Shown here: positions 50,592 to 59,468 of the stretch, piece after piece | Layout: every line of letters begins with the position of its first letter | Position numbering within the stretch: the first letter of the stretch is position 1 | From: Desulfobacterales bacterium | Lineage (GTDB): Bacteria > Desulfobacterota > Desulfobacteria > Desulfobacterales > UBA5616 | Direction of reading: 5' to 3' | Assembly: GCA_046483495.1 (NCBI GenBank) | Contig: JAWODC010000036.1 | Coordinates: 1-64,000, forward strand | Length of the DNA: 64,000 nucleotides | Made by a program: the position numbers and the translations under genes | Notes under the pieces: generated by a model | Told to the model about the DNA's origin: nothing | Database searches by the model: none | Seen by the model: only the letters and a program-made list of their open reading frames with translations

Positions 50592-50964
50592 ATGTCAAAT
50601 GTTGCGCTCTTGCCCTGCGCTTCGCTCAGAGGCCTTTTCGCAGTTTTGAGCCGCGGGGAACCGTTCGGTCGTATACCTTTTTTTCTCATAAGAATTTCAT
50701 CGCTTTTTTTTCATTGAAATCACAATCGGGATTGTTTCGATCAGCGGGTGCCAAGCAGTCGGAACGCCTCAATGCGTCGAGCAAATCGGTGCTAATTGTT
50801 TTGTCATTTTCTTTGGAATCTGGTATGTTTTTAATTTTATGAGTGATGTTTTCAATGGATGCCGTTCACAAAATGGGTTCTATGCAGTCCATTCGCCGTG
50901 CCGATACACATCTTCCGGGCAAGCCCGATAAGTACCATCAATGAAATAGGAGCTCGAAACAGAT

Positions 50965-52590
50965 ATGACGCACAACATGACCGAATACGATCAGACCTAC
51001 GCCCGGTTTACATTGGAGGTCCCGGAATATTACAACTTCGCCGCCGACGTCATCGAACGATGGGCGCTCGATCCCGATAAAACGGCCATGCTGTGGTTGG
51101 ATGATGAGGGCCGTGAGGTTCGAAAAACGTTTGACGACATCTCCAGGGCATCCAAACGGCTGGCCAATGCACTGAAAAAGCGAGGCGTCAAAAAAAAAGA
51201 CGTGGTCATGCTTATTCTGCCGAGGAATATCGAATGGTGGGAGGCCCTTACCGCCTGCATTCGCATGGGCGCCATAGCCGCACCCGGCACTACTCAGCTA
51301 TCGCCGAAAGATCTGGAATACCGTGCCAATGCGGCCAATGCGGCCTGCATCATAACCAACCACGAAATCGGGGCGAAATTCGAAACGGTTGCTGACCGCT
51401 GTCCATCCGTTAAAAACAAAATCATCATATCGGAACCCAGGGACAAGTGGCTCTTCTACGACGACGAGAAAGCCGCGGCCTCGGATGAATTCAAGCCGGT
51501 AAAGACCAAAAGCCAAGATCCCTGTCTCGTTTATTTTACCTCCGGAACCGTCGGAAACCCCAAAATGGCCCTGCATACCCATGCCTCATATCCTATCGGA
51601 CACCAGGTCACCGGCAGGTTTTGGCTGGATTTGACACCTGACGATTTGCACTGGAATCTTACCGATACAGGATGGGCAAAGGCCGCGTGGAGCAGTTATT
51701 TCGGTCCGTGGTCCTGTGGTGCCGCCATATTTGTTCACCATTCCGAACGGTTCGATCCCACCCGGACATTGCAGCTGCTGGAAAAGTACCCCATCACCAC
51801 ATTGTGCGGATCACCGACTCTCTACCGAATGCTGGTTTTGAAGGAAGTCCACACTTTCCAATTTTCCGCACTTCGTCATTGCGTCGGTGCAGGCGAACCG
51901 CTGAACCCCGAAATTATAGAGGTGTGGAAGGCGGACACCGGCCTCACCATCAGGGATGGGTACGGCCAAACCGAAACAACGCTGTTAGTGGCAAATTTCC
52001 CCTGCATCGAACCCCGTTTCGGTTCTATGGGAAAACCGTCTCCCGGCTTCGAGGTCCGTGTTGTCGATGATGAAGGGAACATATTGCCGTCGAATACAGA
52101 GGGAAATATCGCCATCCGGGTCAAGCCCCATCGCCCGGTGGGTCTTTTCAAGGAATACTGGGGGGAACCGGATCGAACCGCATCTGTCTTTCTTGGAGAC
52201 TGGTATCTCACGGGAGACCGGGCGCGCGTGGATGAAGACGGGTATTTTTGGTTTATCGGCCGGTCCGATGACGTGATTTTGTCGTCGGGGTACCGCATCG
52301 GCCCTTTTGAAGTCGAAAGTGCGCTGATCCGGCACCCGGCCGTTGCCGAATCCGCCGTGGTTTCGAGCCCGGATGCAATCCGCGGAGAAGTTGTCAAGGC
52401 GTTTGTGGTCCTGACCCCCGAGTATAAGCCAAGCGACGATCTGATAAAAGAGCTTCAGGAACACGTAAAAAAAGAAACCGCACCCTACAAACATCCCCGG
52501 AAAATCGAGTTCGTCGATTCCCTCCCAAAAACGGTGTCCGGCAAAATCAGGCGCTTCACCCTCAGAAACAGGGAATGGAGCAGAATGTGA
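50965..52590 (+). CDS. Medium-chain acyl-CoA synthetase (ACSM-like)
   Basis: YFTSGTVGNPK, DTGWAK, GAGEPLNP, DGYGQTET, SSGYRIGPFEVES, LPKTVSGKI. Confidence 0.93.
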   Translation: MTHNMTEYDQTYARFTLEVPEYYNFAADVIERWALDPDKTAMLWLDDEGREVRKTFDDISRASKRLANALKKRGVKKKDVVMLILPRNIEWWEALTACIRMGAIAAPGTTQLSPKDLEYRANAANAACIITNHEIGAKFETVADRCPSVKNKIIISEPRDKWLFYDDEKAAASDEFKPVKTKSQDPCLVYFTSGTVGNPKMALHTHASYPIGHQVTGRFWLDLTPDDLHWNLTDTGWAKAAWSSYFGPWSCGAAIFVHHSERFDPTRTLQLLEKYPITTLCGSPTLYRMLVLKEVHTFQFSALRHCVGAGEPLNPEIIEVWKADTGLTIRDGYGQTETTLLVANFPCIEPRFGSMGKPSPGFEVRVVDDEGNILPSNTEGNIAIRVKPHRPVGLFKEYWGEPDRTASVFLGDWYLTGDRARVDEDGYFWFIGRSDDVILSSGYRIGPFEVESALIRHPAVAESAVVSSPDAIRGEVVKAFVVLTPEYKPSDDLIKELQEHVKKETAPYKHPRKIEFVDSLPKTVSGKIRRFTLRNREWSRM

Positions 52591-52681
52591 ATCGAAGGGC
52601 CGGAAAACCAAAACAAGCTGCATAAGAAGATGCGGCGTTTTTCGTTTTCCGGGTGAGGTCGGCCGGTTTTTTCTCAAACGG

Positions 52682-53815
52682 TTGGATAATAGGAATAATA
52701 TACCATTGGTTTCCATCGAATCATTCGTCACAGCAGCTGAATGTCAGAAAAAGCGTTTTGCAGAACCGCCTTCAGACGGGAAAAGATACATCGGCTATTT
52801 CTGCACCTATACGCCCGTGGAACTTATCCATGCTGCCGGCTTTGTTCCCGTTCGCCTGATCGGCGAAACCGCGAGAATATTTCGGGCGGATGCTCTGACG
52901 CCAAGCTTCATCTGCCCTTTTTTGAGGCGCCTTACGGAAGACGCATACCATGGCAATTACCGTTTCCTCAGCGGCGTGATCCAGGGGTATACCTGCGATG
53001 CAGCCTGCGGCATGATCAATGTTTGGGCGGAAAACATCGGCGGCGAAATATTTCACAGCCTCCCGATCCCCTACACCGATTCTTCCGAAGCCGGAAATTT
53101 TTTCAGGTCGGCCCTTTTGGAATTAACCGAAAAGCTGAATCGGGCCGGGGGAACTTACACGGAAGAATCTCTGGCGCATTCAATGGTGCTTTACGGGAAA
53201 ATTCGACAGCTGTTGTTGAATTGTTACAGCATGAGATATGAAGGCCGGCTGCCGCTGAGTGCCGGAGAATTTCTCACCGTTATTCGGGCCGGATTTGCCA
53301 TGGCTCCCGAAGATTACCTGGTCGATTTGGAGAGGCTCACGGCAGAATGCAAAACAGCCGATCATCTTCCGAAAAGCGGCATTCCCGTCCTGGTATCCGG
53401 AAGTGTGATCGAGACGCCCCAAGTGCTCGAACTGCTCGAAACATCCGGTGGCCGCGTCGTAGCCGATGATCTCTGCACGGGTTTTCGCCATGCATATCCG
53501 GCAAACGGTGAAGGCAAAAGGCCGTTGGACCGACTGATAAACCGCCATATGAATCGTCTTCCATGCCCTTCACGAGTGAGGGCGATAGAAAGAGCGCCCC
53601 GGCTGCTCGACCGGATTCGACAATCCGGTGCAAAAGGGGTGGTGTTTATGTTGCAGAAATTCTGTACTCCCCATCTGGCGGATCTGCCCATCCTTACCGA
53701 CGAACTGAAAAAAGCCGGGCTGCCGGCCCTCATCTTCGAAATGGATGAAACCGGCTCGATGGAGGGACAGCTGCGAACCCGCCTCGAAAGTTTTTTCGAA
53801 ATGATTGAGGAGTGA
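52682..53815 (+). CDS. 2-hydroxyacyl-CoA dehydratase / benzoyl-CoA reductase family subunit (HgdB/BcrC-like)
   Basis: GYFCTYTPVELIHAAG, FIC, TCD, VVADDLCTG, KFCTPH, QLRTRLESF. Confidence 0.85.
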   Translation: MDNRNNIPLVSIESFVTAAECQKKRFAEPPSDGKRYIGYFCTYTPVELIHAAGFVPVRLIGETARIFRADALTPSFICPFLRRLTEDAYHGNYRFLSGVIQGYTCDAACGMINVWAENIGGEIFHSLPIPYTDSSEAGNFFRSALLELTEKLNRAGGTYTEESLAHSMVLYGKIRQLLLNCYSMRYEGRLPLSAGEFLTVIRAGFAMAPEDYLVDLERLTAECKTADHLPKSGIPVLVSGSVIETPQVLELLETSGGRVVADDLCTGFRHAYPANGEGKRPLDRLINRHMNRLPCPSRVRAIERAPRLLDRIRQSGAKGVVFMLQKFCTPHLADLPILTDELKKAGLPALIFEMDETGSMEGQLRTRLESFFEMIEE

Positions 53816-53816
53816 C

Positions 53817-55070
53817 ATGCACAAAAGCGGAAAATCCCGAAAGCGCCTTAAGACGGCAAAAGACTTGAACCGATTGGTGGCCGATTTCTACGTGGAGTGC
53901 AACACCGCAAAGGCGACCGGCAAGCCCGTCGGATGGATGCCGCCGATGAACGGGGTGATCGAAATCTTTTATGCGATGGACCTGCAGCCGGTATTCCCGG
54001 AAAACTGGTCCCCGGTATGTGCCGCCTTCGGCCTCACTCCCGAACACTTCGACATCAGTGAAAGCCTGGGATATTCGCGTGATTTGTGCGGATACCTTCG
54101 CAATATTGTCGGATATGTCCACAGTGACATGAACAGCGAAACGGTTCCTCTTGGAGGACTTCCCGAGCCGGATATCATCTTAACCCCCGGTGGGGGCTGC
54201 ATCCCCGTGATGAAAATTTTTCATGCCCTGGAACGCCGGTTTCCCGAAGCCCGCGTGTTTACCGGCGATCTGCCCCAGGTGGCCGTAGATGATATCAAGC
54301 CGTATCATCTGGCATTTGCACTCAGCGAAATGAACCGCCTGATCGATTTTCTGACTGAAACCACGGGGCGCAAGCTGGATGAGGACCGACTAAGGGAAAC
54401 CGTGCGGTTATCCGACCGTGCATGCGCCTTGTGGGACGAGATCATGAGCTTCCGACGATTTATTCCCACACCGATTTCCGCTGCCGAAATCGGCATTATG
54501 TTCGTGATGGTGACCCGTCAGGGCACACAAACAGCCGTGGATTACCTGACCCGGGTCCGCGATGAAGTGCGGGAGCGGGCCGAAAACGGCATCGGCATGA
54601 TCGAAGAAGAAAAAATACGGCTGTTCTGGGACAACATTCCCTTGTGGTATCACATGGGAATTTTCAACTATTTCGAAAAAATGGGCGGGGTGGTGGTTGC
54701 CGAGACCTATTCGGCGGCATGGTCCCTGCGGTTGGATCCCGATCATCCCTTTGAAAGCCTGGCCCGAAAATCCCTGATGTCCTATCCGCTGGTTTCCTGT
54801 GTTTCCATCGATCGGCGCAAGGAAATGGTGCTGAACGCCTGCAGACAGTACGCCATTGACGGCGCCATATTGCACCGGAACAAGTCTTGCGTACCCATTT
54901 CCCTGGGCCAAATGGATATCAAGCGGGCCCTTGAGGAAGAATTGGGAATTCCTTCGGTGATTATCGATGCCGATCATATGGACCACCGGAATTTTTCCGC
55001 CGCCCAGTTCGAAACACGGGCCGACGCCTTCATGGAAATGCTCTTGGAAAAGAAAGGATTGAACCTCTGA
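53817..55070 (+). CDS. 2-hydroxyacyl-CoA dehydratase / benzoyl-CoA reductase family subunit (HgdA/BcrB-like)
   Basis: FPEN, GYSRDLCGY, LPEPD, GGC, NKSC, D-x-x-D-x-R, TRADAFMEML. Confidence 0.85.
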   Translation: MHKSGKSRKRLKTAKDLNRLVADFYVECNTAKATGKPVGWMPPMNGVIEIFYAMDLQPVFPENWSPVCAAFGLTPEHFDISESLGYSRDLCGYLRNIVGYVHSDMNSETVPLGGLPEPDIILTPGGGCIPVMKIFHALERRFPEARVFTGDLPQVAVDDIKPYHLAFALSEMNRLIDFLTETTGRKLDEDRLRETVRLSDRACALWDEIMSFRRFIPTPISAAEIGIMFVMVTRQGTQTAVDYLTRVRDEVRERAENGIGMIEEEKIRLFWDNIPLWYHMGIFNYFEKMGGVVVAETYSAAWSLRLDPDHPFESLARKSLMSYPLVSCVSIDRRKEMVLNACRQYAIDGAILHRNKSCVPISLGQMDIKRALEEELGIPSVIIDADHMDHRNFSAAQFETRADAFMEMLLEKKGLNL

Positions 55071-55075
55071 ACCCC

Positions 55076-55864
55076 ATGTATGTCGCCGGAATCGATATCG
55101 GCTCCCTCAGCACGGACGTCGTCGTCCTCGATCGAAATGCACATGTCGTATCATACTGCGTAACGCCCACCGGCGCCAACAGCAAGGCTGCCGGAGAAAG
55201 AGCATTTCAATTTGTGCTAAAACGAGCCGCGCTCTCCCCCGAGGCCGTTCAATATATCGTTGCCACGGGTTATGGTCGTGTCAGCGTGCCCTTCGCCCAT
55301 AAAGCCGTGACGGAAATCACCTGCCATGCGCGGGGAGCTCATCACCTGTTTCCCCGAACCGGGACCGTCATCGATATCGGCGGACAGGACAGCAAGGTCA
55401 TTCGATTGACCCGCCGGGGCAAGGTGTCGGATTTTGCCATGAATGACAAATGCGCCGCCGGCACCGGACGCTTTCTGGAGGTCATGGCGAGGGCGATGGA
55501 AATCGAACTGGAAGACATGGGGCGCCTTTCCCTCTGCTCCACCCGTGATGTCCCGGTCAGCAGCATGTGTACGGTTTTTGCTGAATCCGAGGTAATTTCA
55601 CTGGTCGCCCGGGCCGTGCCCAAAGAAGATATCATTAAAGGAATCCACACGGCCATTGTTTCACGCATAAGGGGAATGATGGACCGGATCAAGACGGAAC
55701 CGGAATTGACCATGACAGGGGGTGTGGCCAAAAACATCGGCATCGTAAACACCATCAGCACCCTGTCTGGTAATCCGATCAATGTGCCGGAGGAGCCGCA
55801 AATCGTCGGTGCCTTAGGCGCAGCATTAATCGCCCGGGACGCGCTTGATGCCGAAACCCAATGA
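55076..55864 (+). CDS. ATP-dependent dehydratase activase (HgdC/BcrA-D-like ASKHA 4Fe-4S)
   Basis: GIDIGS, TGYGR, TEITCHARG, DIGGQDSK, MNDKCAAGTGRF, SMCTVFAESE, TGGVAKN. Confidence 0.93.
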   Translation: MYVAGIDIGSLSTDVVVLDRNAHVVSYCVTPTGANSKAAGERAFQFVLKRAALSPEAVQYIVATGYGRVSVPFAHKAVTEITCHARGAHHLFPRTGTVIDIGGQDSKVIRLTRRGKVSDFAMNDKCAAGTGRFLEVMARAMEIELEDMGRLSLCSTRDVPVSSMCTVFAESEVISLVARAVPKEDIIKGIHTAIVSRIRGMMDRIKTEPELTMTGGVAKNIGIVNTISTLSGNPINVPEEPQIVGALGAALIARDALDAETQ

Positions 55865-55975
55865 GGTCCGCCGGCCGGAGCCGACCGCCGATTCTGCTCC
55901 GGTGCTGTGGACCTGTCACTCGTACTTGTGTATGATGCAAATTCCGTTTTACACTTCAAATCAAGGAGGACCAAG

Positions 55976-57217
55976 ATGACAATGTGGATGTCGCCCTTAC
56001 CCGTACGGGATGCCTACGACCTTCTCACGCGAAAACTGGCGTATCCCGCTTCGGAAACACTAAGAAAAATCCTCGAAAGCGTCATGAGCCCGGAAGAGGC
56101 CCAACTGCTCATCAAGATGCCGGCCACAATCGATTCACTCGCCGAAAAAGTGAAACGCGACCCGAAAATCGTCGGCGAAGAGGTCGAACGGATGTTCTTC
56201 GCCGGCCTTATTATCGAAATGCCGGGATCCGACGGCACGCCCACGTATTCCACCCCGATCCCTTATTGTATCGAGACCGCCAGTGACCATATGATGTGGG
56301 CGATCGGCGGCAATGATGTGACGAAATCGGGCAACATCACCGCACAGGATTTATGGGATCTGCTGGATGAAAAGACCCTTCAACTATGCGGTCTCTGGAA
56401 TAAGTTCTTCTACGAGGAGTGGTACCGGTGGCAGCGCCCCAATGAACTCGTGCACCGCACAATGGCCATGCTCGGCGGTGCGGAGGGGTTAGCCCACACG
56501 TTTGGGATTATGCCCGCTATCCGGTCATTGGAGAAGAGCGAGGCCCTCGGCACGGAGATACTTCACGAATGGGATCTGCGGGAATTCGCAAGAAGGGGCG
56601 AAAAGGGCATTTATACCCGCGTCTGCACGTGCCGAACCCGGGCACGCGGATGTGACTTTCCGCTCTGGGTTTGCGGCGCCGTATTCGACGGCATGCCCGG
56701 GCGGGATGTCAACGCCGAAATTCAGGCGGACCGAAGGCAGCAACTCCACAAGTATTCCGGCGAGGAGTGGCTGGAAGTCATGATCCTCGGGGAAGAGGAC
56801 CACATGATGGTCCACATGGGCGATGCCTGGATGAACGGCTGCAACTGCTGCCGGGATTGCTGCAATTGGCTGAATCCCCTCCGCATGTATACCGAACCAT
56901 GGGAAGGTGTGCACCCCGGGCCTTACCGGGCCGTGGTCAATACCGGGATCTGCGAAAGCTGTACCTCGAACTGCATACCACGATGCGCCTTCAACGTGAT
57001 AAAGGCCGTAAAAGACCCGTCCACGAATAAAGTGACGCCGTACATCGACCCGGACAAATGTGTCGGCTGCGGGCAATGTGTCGTCGGTTGCAAGGTTGAA
57101 GGGGCCATCAAAATGGAGCTGGCCGAGGCGGCCGGTGCCCATGTCCCGCCCATGGGAGGCCGGGCAAAGCTGCCGGACAATCTTCCGGGATTCAAGCCTA
57201 AAATCCCAAGACCATAA
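55976..57217 (+). CDS. Uncharacterised Cys-rich Fe-S protein with C-terminal 2x[4Fe-4S] ferredoxin domain
   Basis: SD AAGGAGG; CTCR...C-x-x-P-x-x-x-C, CNCCRDCC, CESCTSNCIPRC, CVGCGQCVVGC. Confidence 0.85.
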   Translation: MTMWMSPLPVRDAYDLLTRKLAYPASETLRKILESVMSPEEAQLLIKMPATIDSLAEKVKRDPKIVGEEVERMFFAGLIIEMPGSDGTPTYSTPIPYCIETASDHMMWAIGGNDVTKSGNITAQDLWDLLDEKTLQLCGLWNKFFYEEWYRWQRPNELVHRTMAMLGGAEGLAHTFGIMPAIRSLEKSEALGTEILHEWDLREFARRGEKGIYTRVCTCRTRARGCDFPLWVCGAVFDGMPGRDVNAEIQADRRQQLHKYSGEEWLEVMILGEEDHMMVHMGDAWMNGCNCCRDCCNWLNPLRMYTEPWEGVHPGPYRAVVNTGICESCTSNCIPRCAFNVIKAVKDPSTNKVTPYIDPDKCVGCGQCVVGCKVEGAIKMELAEAAGAHVPPMGGRAKLPDNLPGFKPKIPRP

Positions 57218-57248
57218 CCGATAACCCAACCATCACTATTTCGACCCT

Positions 57249-58007
57249 ATGAGACTGGAACATAAAACAGCAATTGTAACCGGCGCCGGCCGCGGAATCG
57301 GCCGCGCCGTGGCCATGCGGCTTGCCGAAGAAGGCGCCGGCGTCATCGTGTGCGATATCGAGAAAAGCTTCGCCGAAAGCGTTGTACGGCGGATTGAAGA
57401 AGAAGGCGGCCGGGCCGTTCCAAGCTCTCTGGATGTCACTGACGAAGACCGGGTGGACATGGTGTTCGAGGCGGTCGCCGAAGAATACGGCGAAATTCAC
57501 ATTCTGGTAAACAATGCCGGAACCCGCAAGGACGTCCCGTTCCACAACCTTACCGAAGATCAGTGGGATATGGCAATGTCGGTTCAGACAAAGGGGACTT
57601 TCAACTGCACCCGGGCTGTTCAGAAGTACATGGTGCGGCAGAAGTACGGAAAAATCGTCAACATTTCAGCACCCGTGCCGGCCGGTCCTGAAACAACCGG
57701 GCAGACCGCCTATGCCGCTGCAAGCGCCGCCATTTGGGGATTCACCAAAGCGCTGGCCCTTGAACTGGGCCGTTACAACATTAACGTCAACTGCGTGGCT
57801 CCGGATTTTATCGACACACTGATGACGCGGGAACTTGCCAAGCGGAAGGGGATGTATCTTTCCGACGTAGAGAAATTTACCATTGCCAAGGTTCCCCTGC
57901 GCCGAATGGGCACCCCGGACGATGTCGCCAATGTCGTGGTGTTTTTGGTTTCGGATGAAGCGGGCTTTGTTTCCGGACAGATAGTCGATGTCAAGGGTGG
58001 CCCGTAA
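57249..58007 (+). CDS. FabG-like SDR with degenerate active site
   Basis: TGAGRGIG, VNNAG, NVNCVAP, PLRRMG-x-P-x-D-V-A; catalytic YxxxK reads YAAAS. Confidence 0.88.
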   Translation: MRLEHKTAIVTGAGRGIGRAVAMRLAEEGAGVIVCDIEKSFAESVVRRIEEEGGRAVPSSLDVTDEDRVDMVFEAVAEEYGEIHILVNNAGTRKDVPFHNLTEDQWDMAMSVQTKGTFNCTRAVQKYMVRQKYGKIVNISAPVPAGPETTGQTAYAAASAAIWGFTKALALELGRYNINVNCVAPDFIDTLMTRELAKRKGMYLSDVEKFTIAKVPLRRMGTPDDVANVVVFLVSDEAGFVSGQIVDVKGGP

Positions 58008-58018
58008 GGGATGTTAAC

Positions 58019-58702
58019 ATGCATTTTATGCCGGAGGACGAGGGTTACGAAGAGAAGCTGTGGCCGGACGGCTACAAAGCCGTTATTCGAAACCGGCTTC
58101 GGGAAGGCATCGCTGAACATCTGAAAGCCGATTCCACCCTTGAACATGTCTACAGGCTGCAGTATGCAGATCGGTTCTTAGAGGTGGGTCGATTTGTGGA
58201 AAAAATTATCGATATGCTGGTGGTCGGTGCCGAAAAAGGAGGCGATCAGGCTTTCGACGATATCGTTAATGCTTTTCTGTATGAACTTCCCCTGCCGGAA
58301 CCGCGGGAGTATACCCGCTATCTGCTGCTTTCGAAAATTCCGGAACCGGCTGGACGGCAGTTGAAGCAAATCGTGATGGATGAATACCGTGAAGACGAGG
58401 TGTTCATTCACGCCTACAGAGTCGGCTATTGGGATCTCTACACAGATTTCGAACACTTCCTTGATGCTGCAGCCGAATTGGCCGAGGTCGGAGTGTTAAA
58501 CGGCATTGACGATATGTTGTCCGCCGTATATCAGGCATTTGCCGCCCGCGGTCCGCTGCCGCCGGCCCGCCGGAACCCGAAACGGGTCAAGAACTGGTTT
58601 GTGCCCAAGGGAAGCAAAGTGCGGGATGTCCCCTTATCCCGTCGTGCAAAACAGAAGAAAAGAAGGGAGAGCAATAATGCAAAAAATAGCCGTTTGCGGT
58701 AA
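58019..58702 (+). CDS. Hypothetical protein with two tandem ~88-aa repeats
   Basis: Ungapped self-similarity between residues ~23-100 and ~111-188; sits tightly in an operon. Confidence 0.75.
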   Translation: MHFMPEDEGYEEKLWPDGYKAVIRNRLREGIAEHLKADSTLEHVYRLQYADRFLEVGRFVEKIIDMLVVGAEKGGDQAFDDIVNAFLYELPLPEPREYTRYLLLSKIPEPAGRQLKQIVMDEYREDEVFIHAYRVGYWDLYTDFEHFLDAAAELAEVGVLNGIDDMLSAVYQAFAARGPLPPARRNPKRVKNWFVPKGSKVRDVPLSRRAKQKKRRESNNAKNSRLR

Positions 58703-59462
58703 GGGCGGATGCGGCAAAAGCGTGGTAACCCGACTGCTCGCCGATGGACTTTACACCCGGGGGCACCGTGTTCTTGTGGTGGATGCCGATGAATCGAATA
58801 CGGGACTTCCGCGAATGCTCGGTTTCGAGCACGCGCCCAAACCACTCCTCGATTTTTTTGGAGGAAAAGAAAAAGTAGAGTCGGAATTGTCTGCATTGAT
58901 ATCGGCAGGCGCTTCCGAGGAGTCGATACAACTTTTAAAAAGCGGCATTTCCACTTCCCAAATACCGCCGGAATTCATCGTGGAAAAAAACGGCATCCGT
59001 TTGGTGGAAGTGGGAAAAATTCTCATGTCGCTGGAAGGCTGCGGCTGCCCCATGGGAATCGTCAGCCGATCCTTTCTGAACATGCTTCAGCTCGAACCGG
59101 ACGAAACGGCCCTGGTGGATCTGGAGGCCGGTGTGGAACACTTCGGTCGGGGTGTGGAGACCGGCGTCGACTGCGTTATCGTGGTGGTCGACCCCTCGAT
59201 CGATTCGGTGCAGCTGGCCGAACGCATCAGCGAAATGTCCGAACAGATACACATTGCCGATGTGTGGGTGGTGCTGAACAAAATTGCATCCTCACATGTC
59301 GCGGACCGCCTGAACCGCCGCCTTTCCGAAAGCGGCATCAAGGTCATCGGCACCATTCCCATGAATGACGAAATTTTCGAGTCCTGCCTGGACGGACGGC
59401 CGATTCAGGGGAGAGTTGCCGGAAAGGAAGTGGATCGGATTCTCGATTACCTGTTTCCATGA
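58677..59462 (+). CDS. cooC: CooC/AcsF-family nickel-insertion ATPase
   Basis: Deviant Walker A GKGGCGKS, VDADES, EGCGCP (CxC), DLEAGVEHFGRG, VLNK; SD GGGAG before ATG 58677. Confidence 0.85.
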   Translation: MQKIAVCGKGGCGKSVVTRLLADGLYTRGHRVLVVDADESNTGLPRMLGFEHAPKPLLDFFGGKEKVESELSALISAGASEESIQLLKSGISTSQIPPEFIVEKNGIRLVEVGKILMSLEGCGCPMGIVSRSFLNMLQLEPDETALVDLEAGVEHFGRGVETGVDCVIVVVDPSIDSVQLAERISEMSEQIHIADVWVVLNKIASSHVADRLNRRLSESGIKVIGTIPMNDEIFESCLDGRPIQGRVAGKEVDRILDYLFP

Positions 59463-59468
59463 CAAAAA

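Noticed and set aside
50612..50632. CCCTGCGCTTCGCTCAGAGG REP-like hairpin
   Set aside because: Single imperfect occurrence in the window; cannot be supported as a repeat family here.
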